Numbered from the stretch's first letter, positions 10,961-22,107 are shown. The stretch: DNA of 34,225 nt from Octopus bimaculoides (GCF_001194135.2 NC_068985.1:95921638-95955862), one strand, 5' to 3'. Translations and numbers: made by a program. Notes: generated by a model from the letters alone, not told the origin.

Positions 10961-11589
10961 TGGATATATGCATATATTTATATTTATTTATTATATACGT
11001 ATGTATGTATATCTTTTATTGATGTATAGTGACGAAGGATTTAAACATCAGCAAAAAAGCGGAAAATTTTATCCTTTACGAATAAAATCCCCACCGATTC
11101 ACAGACACAACCATATTCCTTTCGGTGTGAGAAAACCAGTGAGCTAGTTACTGGCTCATTTTAAAAGCTTGCAAACCTACCACGCAATCGCTCATCCCAG
11201 TTGCAACATAATTATATAAATATACAAACACGTTAGCATATGACTTGCAAACTTCTATTCTAAATTCATTAAACTTAAATTTCACGATAGTTTCTCACAG
11301 CACATTTCTTGACCAACATTTCCGTCGGAAACCCGAAATACTTACAACTGTAGAGAGTTATTTCTTTCTTTTTTTCTCACACAAGTTCCCACTACGGTAA
11401 TACTTTATTTTCAAATGTTTATCACATGGAAATCACACTTTAACCTGTGTATTGGGCAACAAATGTCGTAAGCTGAATTTATTTTCCGCTTCAAATTTAT
11501 TTCCAAGGGTTACTTCCGCTTTTTCACAATATGTTTGAAATTATTTACTGTTAACATTTCTTATTTTAATTTGTTTATTTATTGATAAT

Positions 11590-11678
11590 ATTTATTTCCT
11601 TATTGCCCACAGGGGGCTAAACATAGAGGGGACAAATAAGGACAGACAAATGGATTAAGTCGATTACATCGACCCCAA
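11590..11678 (-). mobile_element. SINE family B, 3' fragment
   Basis: tttatttccttattgcccacagggggctaaacatagaggggacaaataaggacagacaaatggattaagtcgattacatcgacccca. Confidence 0.7.
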
Positions 11679-11696
11679 TTTTTTTTTTTTACCTGA

Positions 11697-11810
11697 ATTC
11701 GGCCGAGTGGCTAGGATATTGCATTCATGATCGTAACATCATGGTTTCGTTTCCCGGTATGGGTTGTGCGTTGCGTTCTTAAACAAAATACTTTATTTCA
11801 CGTTTCTCTT
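11697..11810 (+). mobile_element. SINE family D head, degenerate
   Basis: ggccgagtggctagg...catgatcgtaa...ggtttcgtttcccgg...gcgttgcgttctt; similar to 20550. Confidence 0.5.
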
Positions 11811-11811
11811 C

Positions 11812-11952
11812 GCCGAAATTTTGGGGGGAGAAGGCCAGTCGATTAGATCGATCCAGTACGCAACTGGTACTTAATTTATCGACCATGAAAGGAAGAAAAG
11901 CAAAGTCGACCTCAGCGGTATTTGAACTTAGAACGTAAAGACAGACGAAATA
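11812..11952 (-). mobile_element. SINE family B fragment running into a gap
   Basis: caactggtacttaatttatcgacc...aaagtcgacctcagcggtatttgaacttagaacgtaaagacagacgaaata. Confidence 0.8.
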
Positions 11953-12423
11953 NNNNNNNNNNNNNNNNNNNNNNNNNNNNNNNNNNNNNNNNNNNNNNNN
12001 NNNNNNNNNNNNNNNNNNNNNNNNNNNNNNNNNNNNNNNNNNNNNNNNNNNNNNNNNNNNNNNNNNNNNNNNNNNNNNNNNNNNNNNNNNNNNNNNNNNN
12101 NNNNNNNNNNNNNNNNNNNNNNNNNNNNNNNNNNNNNNNNNNNNNNNNNNNNNNNNNNNNNNNNNNNNNNNNNNNNNNNNNNNNNNNNNNNNNNNNNNNN
12201 NNNNNNNNNNNNNNNNNNNNNNNNNNNNNNNNNNNNNNNNNNNNNNNNNNNNNNNNNNNNNNNNNNNNNNNNNNNNNNNNNNNNNNNNNNNNNNNNNNNN
12301 NNNNNNNNNNNNNNNNNNNNNNNNNNNNNNNNNNNNNNNNNNNNNNNNNNNNNNNNNNNNNNNNNNNNNNNNNNNNNNNNNNNNNNNNNNNNNNNNNNNN
12401 NNNNNNNNNNNNNNNNNNNNNNN

Positions 12424-12860
12424 CGAATAGCTGTCACTGCATCAATTTTTATGGATATAGATTGATCATTTCTAAAACTGTCCCGATCTTTGGCAGTTGG
12501 GTTGTACTGTAGTTCAACTGGAAGTGTAGCTTGCTTGTATAAAATTTGAAACGGAGTAAAAGAAGAATGTGTTGAAGAATGTTTGCCTGTTCGATAACAA
12601 ACAGAACTGCCGATAAGCATTCAACTCAGTTGCCACAGTTCTCAAGGGATTTGATAAAAACACCTTTTATAGTGCGATTCTGTCGCTCCACGAGGCCATT
12701 TGCTTGTGGGTGATAAGCACTTGTTATGTGCTGCTGTGTTACTGTCGGTTTATGTAGTTCTGCAGACATTCAGTTTACGAATTCTCTTCCTTGGTCATTT
12801 ATCTGAATTTTTATACAGCCATGCCGACAAATAACATCTAGTACAGGTTGAACTACTTTA
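12424..12860 (-). pseudogene. Gypsy-type DDE integrase core remnant (GIN/Ginger1-like)
   Basis: Minus translation DVICRHGCIKIQINDQGREFVN*MSAELHKPTVTQQHITSAYHPQANGLVERQNRTIKGVFIKSLENCGN*VECLSAVLF/CYRTGKHSSTHSSFTPFQILYKQATLPVEL; D(35)E motifs DQG and NGLVER; two stops and one frameshift. Confidence 0.85.
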
Positions 12861-13329
12861 ATTCAGACAAGCTTTGAGCATGGCTGTTGCCAGACTATGG
12901 CTTTTAGTCTCTCGGATGATATCCTGAACGACTAAATTACAAGTGAATATATGAAATTAACAGGACTGTGTCACAGACACTCAGCAATTGCTGCCGGTGT
13001 AAACATAAACAGTTGAGGTAACAAACAGCTCCGTATGGTGGCAGATTTGCAAATTAATAGCGACAGATTAAAAATGTACCGGTCTATGGGCGTTGCGGAC
13101 CACAAAATGCCGAACTAAAGAGCTTCAGTTTCTGTTGTTACCAGTTTCAGACAGCTGCTTATGATATAATTCACATTGCCAGTGTTAATTCTACAGAATC
13201 TTCATTGCCTGTTACATCTCACGTGTCATATTTTAGGCATCAAATGTTATTTCCTGTCACTAGATTGTTAAAATATACCTTCCAAAGTATCGGTTATTGA
13301 TCCAAGATTCGCTTCAACCTGAGAGTAAC

Positions 13330-13625
13330 ACGTTTCGGCACGGCTGTTTTGGCATCACCTATTTGGCGCCGCTGATTCAATGCTGACTTATTTGACATCA
13401 GACGTTTTAAATGTTTCTTTCATTCTCTCCCCACCCTCTCTCTCTTTTACCTATTCTCTCCCTCACTCACTCTATCTATATGTGTATATTTCCTCGCGTG
13501 CATACATGTATGTTGTCTATGTGCGTGGATGTGTGTACATGTGTACGAGTGGATGTGCGTGCGCGCGCCAAAAATTACTGTCATCAAAACAGGCTGAATG
13601 CCCAGTCAGCCGTGCCAAATCACCA
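13330..13625. mobile_element. Non-autonomous DNA element (MITE-like) with microsatellite interior
   Basis: Left end ggcacggc has its reverse complement gccgtgcc near 13610; the left part is homologous to 3948-4075. Confidence 0.5.
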
Positions 13626-14289
13626 GAGTTCAAACAGCTGCGCCCATTAGTCTCATTCTGTTAACACTATAACTGCTGAAATAGTGCATGCCTCCGGTCA
13701 AAGTTACTCTTTAATCGTACACGATGTCATAATTTCTGTATTGTATGTGTTCAATTTACTAAAAACACGTTATCCATTTGGTGTTATTTATATTCTGTTG
13801 TAATCACGTACAAATCACACCCAGACGTCTTGAATAGAAACGGGTGGGTCACAGCTTAAACACCTTTGATAATAGACGTGTTCAATGAGGCTTAACCTAA
13901 GAATACATTGCTTCAGTGTGGAATAATAAAGTTCAGGTTGAATGCGCACCTAATGTATATATATGTAAGAACGACCGTACGAACCCAAAAGGAGAAATGG
14001 TGACGAATGGAAAAAAAAACAGGGCTCCTTTCTTAAACGCGTCACACGGTCGAACACAAAATTATATTAAGTGATATATATATGTTATGCTTCGATAACA
14101 TAGTGATTTCGTAAATGGCCAGTAAAGGAAGACGATAAAACACAACCGATTGAGATGAATAACAGAAATATTTATTGTAGCGTTAATANNNNNNNNNNNN
14201 NNNNNNNNNNNNNNNNNNNNNNNNNNNNNNNNNNNNNNNNNNNNNNNNNNNNNNNNNNNNNNNNNNNNNNNNNNNNNNNNNNNNNNNNT

Positions 14290-14650
14290 ACATATATGTA
14301 CATACCTACATATATATGTATATATACATGCATATACGAGTACAGGACATTAAAAAAAAACGTAGACACAATAAGAAACGAAAACAAAAACAAAAACATA
14401 GAAAACAAACTTTCTTTCGAACAACCAAAAAAAAGCAAACAAACAAACAGAGAAATGAGACATGCAACGTAAAGAATATTCCCTTCATCAGTTGTCCTCT
14501 GTTTCATCTACTCCGCGTTTCGAAGGTAAGGACAATCCGCGACTTCGTTAAAACAGTCCTTTCCGCAAAGCAGATTAAATAAAATTTGGAATTTTTTGCG
14601 GAGGGTGAAAGTGCTAACAAAAACAGGACAGTGAGAACAAGGCAGTAAAA
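14290..14650 (-). repeat. Dispersed repeat family E, longest copy
   Basis: Overlaps in homology with both 10769-10960 and 3060-3320. Confidence 0.8.
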
Positions 14651-14875
14651 ACAAGACGATGTGAAAATTATGAACGCTAGAAAAACGAGCTTATATATGT
14701 AAATATGTGAAGTATTATTACTGTTAAAAACAGTAATAATGAGGTGGCTAGCAAGACTTCTACCTAAACAGGTATAAAATATTTAAAGAAAAGAAAGGTA
14801 AAGATACCGCTTGCTAAAAAATTAAAGCGAAACCTTAAAAAAACCCCACCAATTCTACGATAAATACACACACGC

Positions 14876-15021
14876 GCAATGTAACGAACCTTTTAAAAAA
14901 TAGGCCTAACTTCAGGATGGAATTTGAAGGTAGTATAATACTACCTACAGATTCTATCCTGAGGTAGGCCTAAATTCCATCCTGAAGTTAGGCCTATTTT
15001 TAAAAAGGTTCGTTACATTGC
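14876..15021. repeat. Long inverted repeat (foldback) ending at a gap
   Basis: Arms 14876-14925 and 14972-15021 match 49/50; inner palindrome aggtagtat-a-atactacct at about 14928-14946. Confidence 0.9.
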
Positions 15022-15740
15022 NNNNNNNNNNNNNNNNNNNNNNNNNNNNNNNNNNNNNNNNNNNNNNNNNNNNNNNNNNNNNNNNNNNNNNNNNNNNNNN
15101 NNNNNNNNNNNNNNNNNNNNNNNNNNNNNNNNNNNNNNNNNNNNNNNNNNNNNNNNNNNNNNNNNNNNNNNNNNNNNNNNNNNNNNNNNNNNNNNNNNNN
15201 NNNNNNNNNNNNNNNNNNNNNNNNNNNNNNNNNNNNNNNNNNNNNNNNNNNNNNNNNNNNNNNNNNNNNNNNNNNNNNNNNNNNNNNNNNNNNNNNNNNN
15301 NNNNNNNNNNNNNNNNNNNNNNNNNNNNNNNNNNNNNNNNNNNNNNNNNNNNNNNNNNNNNNNNNNNNNNNNNNNNNNNNNNNNNNNNNNNNNNNNNNNN
15401 NNNNNNNNNNNNNNNNNNNNNNNNNNNNNNNNNNNNNNNNNNNNNNNNNNNNNNNNNNNNNNNNNNNNNNNNNNNNNNNNNNNNNNNNNNNNNNNNNNNN
15501 NNNNNNNNNNNNNNNNNNNNNNNNNNNNNNNNNNNNNNNNNNNNNNNNNNNNNNNNNNNNNNNNNNNNNNNNNNNNNNNNNNNNNNNNNNNNNNNNNNNN
15601 NNNNNNNNNNNNNNNNNNNNNNNNNNNNNNNNNNNNNNNNNNNNNNNNNNNNNNNNNNNNNNNNNNNNNNNNNNNNNNNNNNNNNATGTATGTATGTATA
15701 TATGTATGTATATGTTTGTATGTATATGTATATATATATA

Positions 15741-15785
<45 letters not shown>

Positions 15786-15816
15786 CGTATGTGTATTTCG
15801 TGTGCAAGATTCTTGA

Positions 15817-16002
15817 TGTGGAAAGGTGTGCCTCTCAGATGGAGGTCTAAGGAGACATATCAAGAGAGTGCTTATGGTGGCACCTGTTTCTCCTGCCAGC
15901 CAGCACAGTTGTCTAGCAAGTAATGAAATGTGTAAAAGCTTGGCTAGGCTTAAAAGTCATATAAGAGCATCACATGGCAACAATTATGAAGCATTTCAGT
16001 AA
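15817..16002 (+). pseudogene. Two degenerate C2H2 zinc fingers, likely the 3' end of an RTE-clade LINE ORF
   Basis: Translation CGKVCLSDGGLRRHIKRVL...HSCLASNEMCKSLARLKSHIRASHGNNYEAFQ*; no TGEKP linker; resembles the RTE C-terminal CxSxxGLxSH motif. Confidence 0.55.
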
Positions 16003-16053
16003 GTCTTCTTGGCAATGGCTTTTCTCGTGTATATAGGTGCAGGAATGGCCATA

Positions 16054-16402
16054 GGCGCAGGAGTGGCTGTGTGCTAAGTAGCTTGCTTACCAACCAGATG
16101 GTCCCTGGTTCAGTCCCACTGCGTGGCACCTTCGGCAAAGCCTTATGAGTGGATTTGGTAGAGGGAAACTGAAAGAAGCCCGTTGCACATATTTGTGTGC
16201 GTGTATTTGTGCGGTGTTCCCCATCCCCATCGCTTGACAACCAATTGTGGTGTGTTTACGTCCCCTTAACTTAGTAGTTCGGCAAAAGAGACCGATAGGA
16301 TAAGTACTACGCTCATAAAGGATAAGTCGTGGAGTTGATTTGTTCGACTAAAGGCGATGCTCCAGCATGGCCGCAGTCAAATGACTGAAACAAATAAAAG
16401 AA
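16054..16402 (+). mobile_element. SINE family A, full length
   Basis: tRNA-like head ggagtggctgtgtgctaag...ggttcagtcccactgc through ...gcagtcaaatgactgaaacaaataaaagaata; an imperfect copy of the first about 18 bp sits just upstream (16034-16051). Confidence 0.92.
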
Positions 16403-16734
16403 TATATATATATATATATATATATATACATGTGTGTATGTGTGTATGTATGTATGCATGTATGTGTTTATACATATGTGTGTGCGTTGTCATGTCAAAC
16501 TATATGTAATAACGATTTTACTTTAAACTAAAGGATTGCTCAATACTTTCTTGTAGAGTATGTTTTACACGTTTACCAAACCTTATAAAACTTTTACACA
16601 CTTTATAAAGTAAAAAGTATATAAATGTGTATGTTTGTCTCTCAATGTAAAGCATTAAACTCCGTTGTGTGCGGTACAAGTTTTGGTGTCTGTTGGCAAA
16701 TATCAAGTAGAAACATAGCTTAAAATGTGAAGTA

Positions 16735-16770
16735 GAGAATTCTGATGAAGTGACTTATCCGAAACGTTCT
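16735..16770 (+). ncRNA. Degenerate minimal hammerhead-ribozyme-like motif
   Basis: CTGATGA (16742-16748) ... GAAACGTT (16761-16768); stems I and II poorly paired. Confidence 0.35.
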
Positions 16771-17116
16771 ATGTGTAATTCCACGGTCGTTCATGACTGA
16801 AGGGGATCTTTTATGTATATGAGGTCGCCAAAAAAGGTAACTAATAATTGTATAGCATCACATTTATACCTACCTTGGGACTTTTAATTGTGTGTAGTCC
16901 AAGACCACCTCACTAAGGATAGTGAGGTAAATGACTGATATGAGAAGTTACTGTACTTTTGTGCTATTGAGAGACATTGAATACGGCGACGGTGGTGGCG
17001 GTGGTGGTGGTAGTGGTGGTGCAGTTGAGAATTTTTTAATAAGTTTTGAAAGAAATTTGAAATTGCCGACTAAGGAACATAACCTTTAATGTTAGAAACT
17101 ACTTTGCTGTGAGGAA

Positions 17117-17154
17117 GAGAATACTGATGAAGTATCTTTTCCGAAACGTTATTC
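17117..17154 (+). ncRNA. Degenerate minimal hammerhead-ribozyme-like motif, paralogous to 16742
   Basis: gagaataCTGATGAagtatcttttccGAAACGTTattc. Confidence 0.35.
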
Positions 17155-17227
17155 AGCTTTGTGAATGATCGATGCATGCATATCAATAAAAAAAAAAGAT
17201 GAATGACTTGAAAACTTCAAGACATGA

Positions 17228-17285
17228 ATAATGGCCACAGCTTTGAGCTGAAACTGATAATGGCCACAGCTTTGAACCTAAACCG
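17228..17285. repeat. 29-bp tandem duplication
   Basis: ataatggccacagctttga starts at 17228 and again at 17257. Confidence 0.9.
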
Positions 17286-17953
17286 GTAAAAAAAGAATTT
17301 AAAACAAGGAACAAAGAAACAAGAAGCTCCGGTTAGCTATTTCAAAACTCTACTTACATCCGTCTTAAACATAGTTAACATATTAAAACATTGTAATTAT
17401 GCGGTGAGGAAGAAACACTATTAGTCAATATAAATATTATCTTAATTGTTTCAGAAAGTACGAAAGAAAATTCTAGACATAATTGGACTCTTCTATGAAC
17501 TCAACAGCAAAGCATAAACTTCATCCTGCTTGCAGAGATATTGATAGAAGAATTACTAAGTATATGTACAAGAATGTACATTGGTCGTCGTAAGCAGATA
17601 GGAGATATTAAACAATATATGATTCAGACACGCCTCCATATAAACAAAAACAAAAACAATAGTTAAGTTAGTGTTACTATATTTTAGGATGGCTTCAGCT
17701 CTAAAACTTAACATCTAAACTATAAAACAACGACGTCTGTAAAACGTTTAGCTTACTCTGCTAATATTTATTACCCACTCTTTCTTCCTCTCCCTCTGTC
17801 TTAAACTTTCTTTATTTTATCTCTCTCTATCTCTCTCTTTATCTATGTTTCTCTTTCTGTCTCAGTCTCCACTTCCAGCCCATTTCGTTAACACACACAG
17901 TCTGTTTGTTCCTCATTCAAATGTATACACTCCTTGTCCTCCCATATCTCCTC

Positions 17954-17954
<1 letters not shown>

Positions 17955-18011
<57 letters not shown>
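17955..18011. repeat. (CT)n microsatellite
   Basis: Direct reading. Confidence 0.95.
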
Positions 18012-18016
<5 letters not shown>

Positions 18017-18572
18017 GTTTCTTTTCTCAGAGAATATACACTCCGTTGACCTCCACCTCCGCTTCGTACCAAAATAAAAGTGAATTCTACGGCTGATATT
18101 TAATATCAAGACTTCGCATTTTTGACCTAATTCAGGAGACGTATATTCAGTCAGTATAGTAATATACATACATACATGCATACATACATACATACATACA
18201 TACATACATTTACAGTATAGATAACATGCACTTAAAGAAGTTGTAAAAAGTGACCGATCACTAATTTCAAGATACGGCCCGTGATTCTACCCTTTCGAAA
18301 ATTCGCCTAAATATTAATTTCAAAACCAAAAATAAATCATTTTTCCAAGTTCACCAGCGAACTATGCTTTTCGTCCTCCCCACCCCCATACATTGAGTAA
18401 GTTCCAATCGCACAAACTTATTCTTGGCACTCGTTTACTTCACTGCACTCCCTCCCATTTCACTCTTCTCTTCTTTTCATATTCTCATTTATATTTTTAC
18501 TTCCAAAGTAATATCGTTTATCTTTTGCTTGTTTCCGTCAATAGACTGCGACCATGCTGGGACAACGTCTTG

Positions 18573-18924
18573 AGGAGTGGCTGTGTGGTAAGTAGCTTGC
18601 TTACCAACCATATGGTCATGCGTGGCACCTTGGGCAAGTGTCTTCTACTATAGCCTCAGGCCGACCAAAGCCTTATGAGTGGATTTGGTAGACGGAAACT
18701 GAAAGAAGCCCTGTTTGTGTGTCTGTGTTTGTCCCCCAACATCGCTTGACAACCGATGCTGGTGTGTTTACGTCTCCGGAGCTTAGCGGTTCGGCAAAAA
18801 GAGACCGATAGAATAAGTACTAGGCTTACAAAGAATAAGTCCTGGGGGTCGATTTGCTCGACTAAAGGCGGTACTCCAGCATGGCCGCAGTCAAATGACT
18901 GAAACAAGTAAAAGAGTAAAGAGT
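18573..18924 (+). mobile_element. SINE family A, near full length (small deletion in the head)
   Basis: ggagtggctgtgtggtaagtagcttgcttaccaacca...gaaacaagtaaaagagtaaagagt. Confidence 0.92.
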
Positions 18925-18954
18925 AACTATTTATTCCACCCCAATACTAATTAT

Positions 18955-19065
18955 TTTTTAATGTAAAGCCTGATGCTTATTCTATCGGTCTATCTTGCTG
19001 AAATGCTTCATTACGGGGACATAAAAACACCAACAGCGGTTAGCACGCGATGGTGGGGGACAACC
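18955..19065 (-). mobile_element. SINE family A, internal fragment
   Basis: ttattctatcggtct...ttacggggac...aaacaccaacagcggtt...gcgatggtgggggacaa. Confidence 0.7.
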
Positions 19066-19395
19066 AAAGCTTTCCAGTGAACTTCAAATGAACTTTTCAC
19101 TGATGTAAGAGTGGAATTTAACCCCACGAACACAGCTTTTTGCTTTATTCAATGGACCAGAGAGAAGGGAAAAGAAGTTTGCAACAACTCATAGAAGTAT
19201 CTGACATGGAAGACCAACCTCTAGTGAGAGACTTCTGGAGAAAACGGTCAACATTAGATGCAAGGAATGGCATAACCGAGTCATAGAGTGAAGTGAAACC
19301 TTTGGCAAAACATGTGGCTGAATGTATCCGGGATTTCACAGGTTTACAACAGAGTCTACATCAAGTCCAGCAAGATATTGTGAAACTGGTAAATA
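19066..19395 (+). pseudogene. Tigger-like (pogo superfamily) transposase C-terminal remnant
   Basis: Frameshifted translation DVRVEFNPTNTA..IQ/MDQ...EDQPLVRDFWRK...ITES*SEVKP...AECIRDFTGL...QDIVKLV resembles the Tigger LPPNTTSLIQPMDQG...WKKLWPECVxDFxGF region. Confidence 0.6.
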
Positions 19396-19511
19396 AGTAC
19401 TTCCTTCTATGATATAGATTTCTATAAATATCTGCTGCAAAACTGAAAGAAAAGCTGGATCTATTTAGTTTCAATCACAGATGTTTTAATCAATCTGGTT
19501 TATACGTAGTA

Positions 19512-20480
19512 CCGGGGTTTTCCGAAAATCCGCCCAGGGCTGTTAAACGGAAAATTCTATGTTATAAAACTATTTTTCGGCTTAAATAACCGCCTACCTA
19601 TAATAAGCGCCCATGGGCGGTAATATGGAGGTAAAATATTTCACCTAGGAAAAACAAAGATATTCTCAGAAACCATATTTATTTCATACAATTCCATTGA
19701 ACTTCTATCGTTTCAGTAATCAGATATATAGATATAAAGAAACTGAAACAGCCTTTAAAGAAGTAGCATATTAAATAATATTCTGAAGTTAACAATGGAT
19801 CTATTGGGAAATATTGAAAATTAAACTGTTGAAAACATGAATAGAAATCTCGTATGAACAAATAATGTCCTTGGGAATTTATGGTAGAATAATAACCGAA
19901 TAGTTTCAAGTTAAATATCACAAATTTCTTCATTTGTTGCTTGGCCATAATTCACATGAGATATAATTTCACTCACTTGTATCTCATCTTCTTCAATTTT
20001 GTCATTATGTGCATCTGGTGCATTTACCTCAAGGCCAGACAAAACATCCTGTAAGCGTGAGTTTAAGAGGCTATGTTCTATAGTCTGTCCACGAGGAGCA
20101 ATTCCACAACATACGAAAGCACGCTTTATAGTTTCTTTATTTAAAGTAGTAAGAGCTTGGGCCACAAAGTTCACTATCTCTTGAGAAGAAGGTTTTTTTT
20201 GTTGCGATATTCTTTATTCGTATACTCCTTTTTGCCATTTGAAAACCAATCCTCCCATTCGGCACGAAGGGCTTTCTTGAAAGGACCAATAATTGATACA
20301 TCTAACGGCTGCAAGTAAGATGTTGTTTGATTTTGAATTAAGACCGCTTTCGTTTTAGCAAATTTTATAATACGGCCTATGTCTAGTTGAAAGTATAGTT
20401 ATAATCTTGCGCATAACTCAAAATCCTGACGTGCCAGAACAATTATATTATGTGTGCGGATTCGGAATCAGCATCTTCGA
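19512..20480 (-). mobile_element. pogo-type DNA transposon remnant (3' part of transposase plus terminal repeat)
   Basis: Minus translation AKTKAVLIQNQTTSYLQPLDVSIIGPFKKALRAEWEDWFSNGKKEYTNK.../EIVNFVAQALTTLNKETIKRAFVCCGI (QPLD third catalytic D); TA|ccggggttttccgaaaat terminus at 19510-19529; 5' boundary approximate. Confidence 0.8.
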
Positions 20481-20549
20481 GTTAGTCTAAAGTTCATGCT
20501 TTTACTCCAGTAGCAAACTTTTGTTGTCCAGTGTTACCAGAGTACAGAC

Positions 20550-20750
20550 ACGTGGTTCAGTGGTTAGGGGTGCTGGTCTCGTGATCGCAAGATTGTAGTT
20601 TCGATTCCCGGACCGGTAGATGCGTTATGTTCTTGAGCATAACAATTTATTTCCCGGCAAATATGGGTGACCAGCGTCCAGTCCAGCGGGGGAATATATA
20701 CACCGCAGAATCCAGGAAAACTGCCTTATGAGTCTGTATAACTCGGAAAT
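20550..20750 (+). mobile_element. SINE family D (tRNA-like head plus conserved central box)
   Basis: gtggttcagtggttaggg...gtttcgattcccggaccgg; central gaccagcgtccagtccagcggggg resembles gactggcgtcccgtccagctgggg at about 27519-27545. Confidence 0.6.
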
Positions 20751-21317
20751 GTATTCTTTATTCAATTGATTATCAGAAAAATAAACCAATTCCAAAACAA
20801 TGATAATGGTAAAGCTGGAAAATATTTCTAAGGAATTATTAAAAAAAAAAAAAAAAAATTGAAAATACTTAACCGAAGAAAATATTTCATTGATATGTTT
20901 CTCTTTAACGACATTTTATAAGTTTCTTTTAAACATGTCCATACTCAGTTTGCGTGCTCAAAATACTCAGGTCTTTTTTGTATTTTCCTGAATTGTTGTG
21001 GTTTCATTATATGCCCCGCAGATATTTGTACTTGAAATCAAAGATCGCCAGAAAATTACGGTATNNNNNNNNNNATTTCTCAAAAGAACCACCCCGAGTC
21101 TTATTTCAGTTGAGCCCTTTACTGAACCAAAACCTTTGTACCCTGATTATGCGCTGCTGAAATGAGGATGCGTTTTGTCTGCCCGAGCATTTTCTACGCC
21201 ACCAATTCGGTAACAATATCTCTTATGCCATCAATAATGTCTTCTATGCCACCAATTCGGTAATAATTAAATGAGTGAAAGAAAAAGATTTGCCTCGGTA
21301 ATTATCATTTCCATCAT

Positions 21318-21502
21318 AGGCACAAAACCTGAAATTTGTGGGAAGGGAGCTAGTTGACATTATCGACTCCAATACTCAACTGGTACTTATTTTATCGACC
21401 CCGGAAGGATGAAAGGCAAAGTCGACCTCGACGAAATTTGAAATCAAATGTAAAGACAGACGAAATGCCGCTAAGCATTTTGCCCGGCGCCAGCTCGACG
21501 CC
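21318..21502 (-). mobile_element. SINE family B
   Basis: aggcacaaaacctgaaattt...caactggtacttattttatcgaccccggaaggatgaaaggcaaagtcgacctcg...gccagctcgacgcc. Confidence 0.88.
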
Positions 21503-21679
21503 TTATTTATGTCAGTAATAATGAACGCGATTGTAGGCGTTAAACAGAGGTAGTAAAATAGAGCGTGAGAGAGAGAGAATAAAAAATGAAAGGCAAAAAT
21601 TAGAGTAAGACACATGAAGACGGCTCGTTTCTGTGGTGTCTTTCTTCTACGTCTCTTTAAACAGTTCTTACGTGGTACC

Positions 21680-21835
21680 TGTACGTCCAAGTTTTGAAAT
21701 CACTCACAAAGTTCTCATGGAAAACGTGTTTTATAGCAGTTATTTATGTGCAAACATGTCAAACTTGATGGAACTTATTATTTCTCTCGGTCCGAGAAAA
21801 CCCCACTTCTATTAACTAATTGGTAAAACCCCGCT
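21680..21835 (+). pseudogene. Possible Penelope-like ORF C-terminal remnant
   Basis: Mixed frames give FSWK...TCQ.../MELII...RENPTSIN, recalling the PLE W-x-I...C-x-LC-x-x-E-x-x-I...LN ending; lies about 100 bp upstream of a hammerhead motif. Confidence 0.3.
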
Positions 21836-21931
21836 CTTTTCTTTCAATCAAAGAAACAATTCTGAATATTATAGCTTCACGTGTGAGTGAAGTAAGGCAG
21901 TTTATTTGCAGAATATTTATATATTTACGAA

Positions 21932-21967
21932 TGTCTGATGATCGCTTTCGTGAAACTCTGAGTAATA
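21932..21967 (+). ncRNA. Minimal type I hammerhead-ribozyme variant (GUA site)
   Basis: tgt-CTGATGA-t-cg-cttt-cg-t-GAA-ACTCtGAGT-A-ata; stem I tgt/ata, stem II 2 bp with U.U in place of G10.1-C11.1, palindromic stem III. Confidence 0.55.
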
Positions 21968-22107
21968 GTTTATAATATCTTCTTAAGTCTCCAATAAAAC
22001 ATTATTTTACTCTTCCACTCTATCTTTAGTATTCGAGTGCTATTTTCTCCACCTTACTTTACATGTATATGCTCATACGTGTGCCTATAGTGAACATGAT
22101 TATTATT

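Noticed and set aside
13130-13260. Minus-frame CRINTGNVNYIISSC resembling the CCHC motif of restriction-like-endonuclease LINEs
   Set aside because: Too short, and key residues (second C, H) are missing
17455-17600. Acceptor-like tgtttcag followed by a possible exon, and CTRMYIG resembling GIY-YIG
   Set aside because: All frames stop early and the motif is too short
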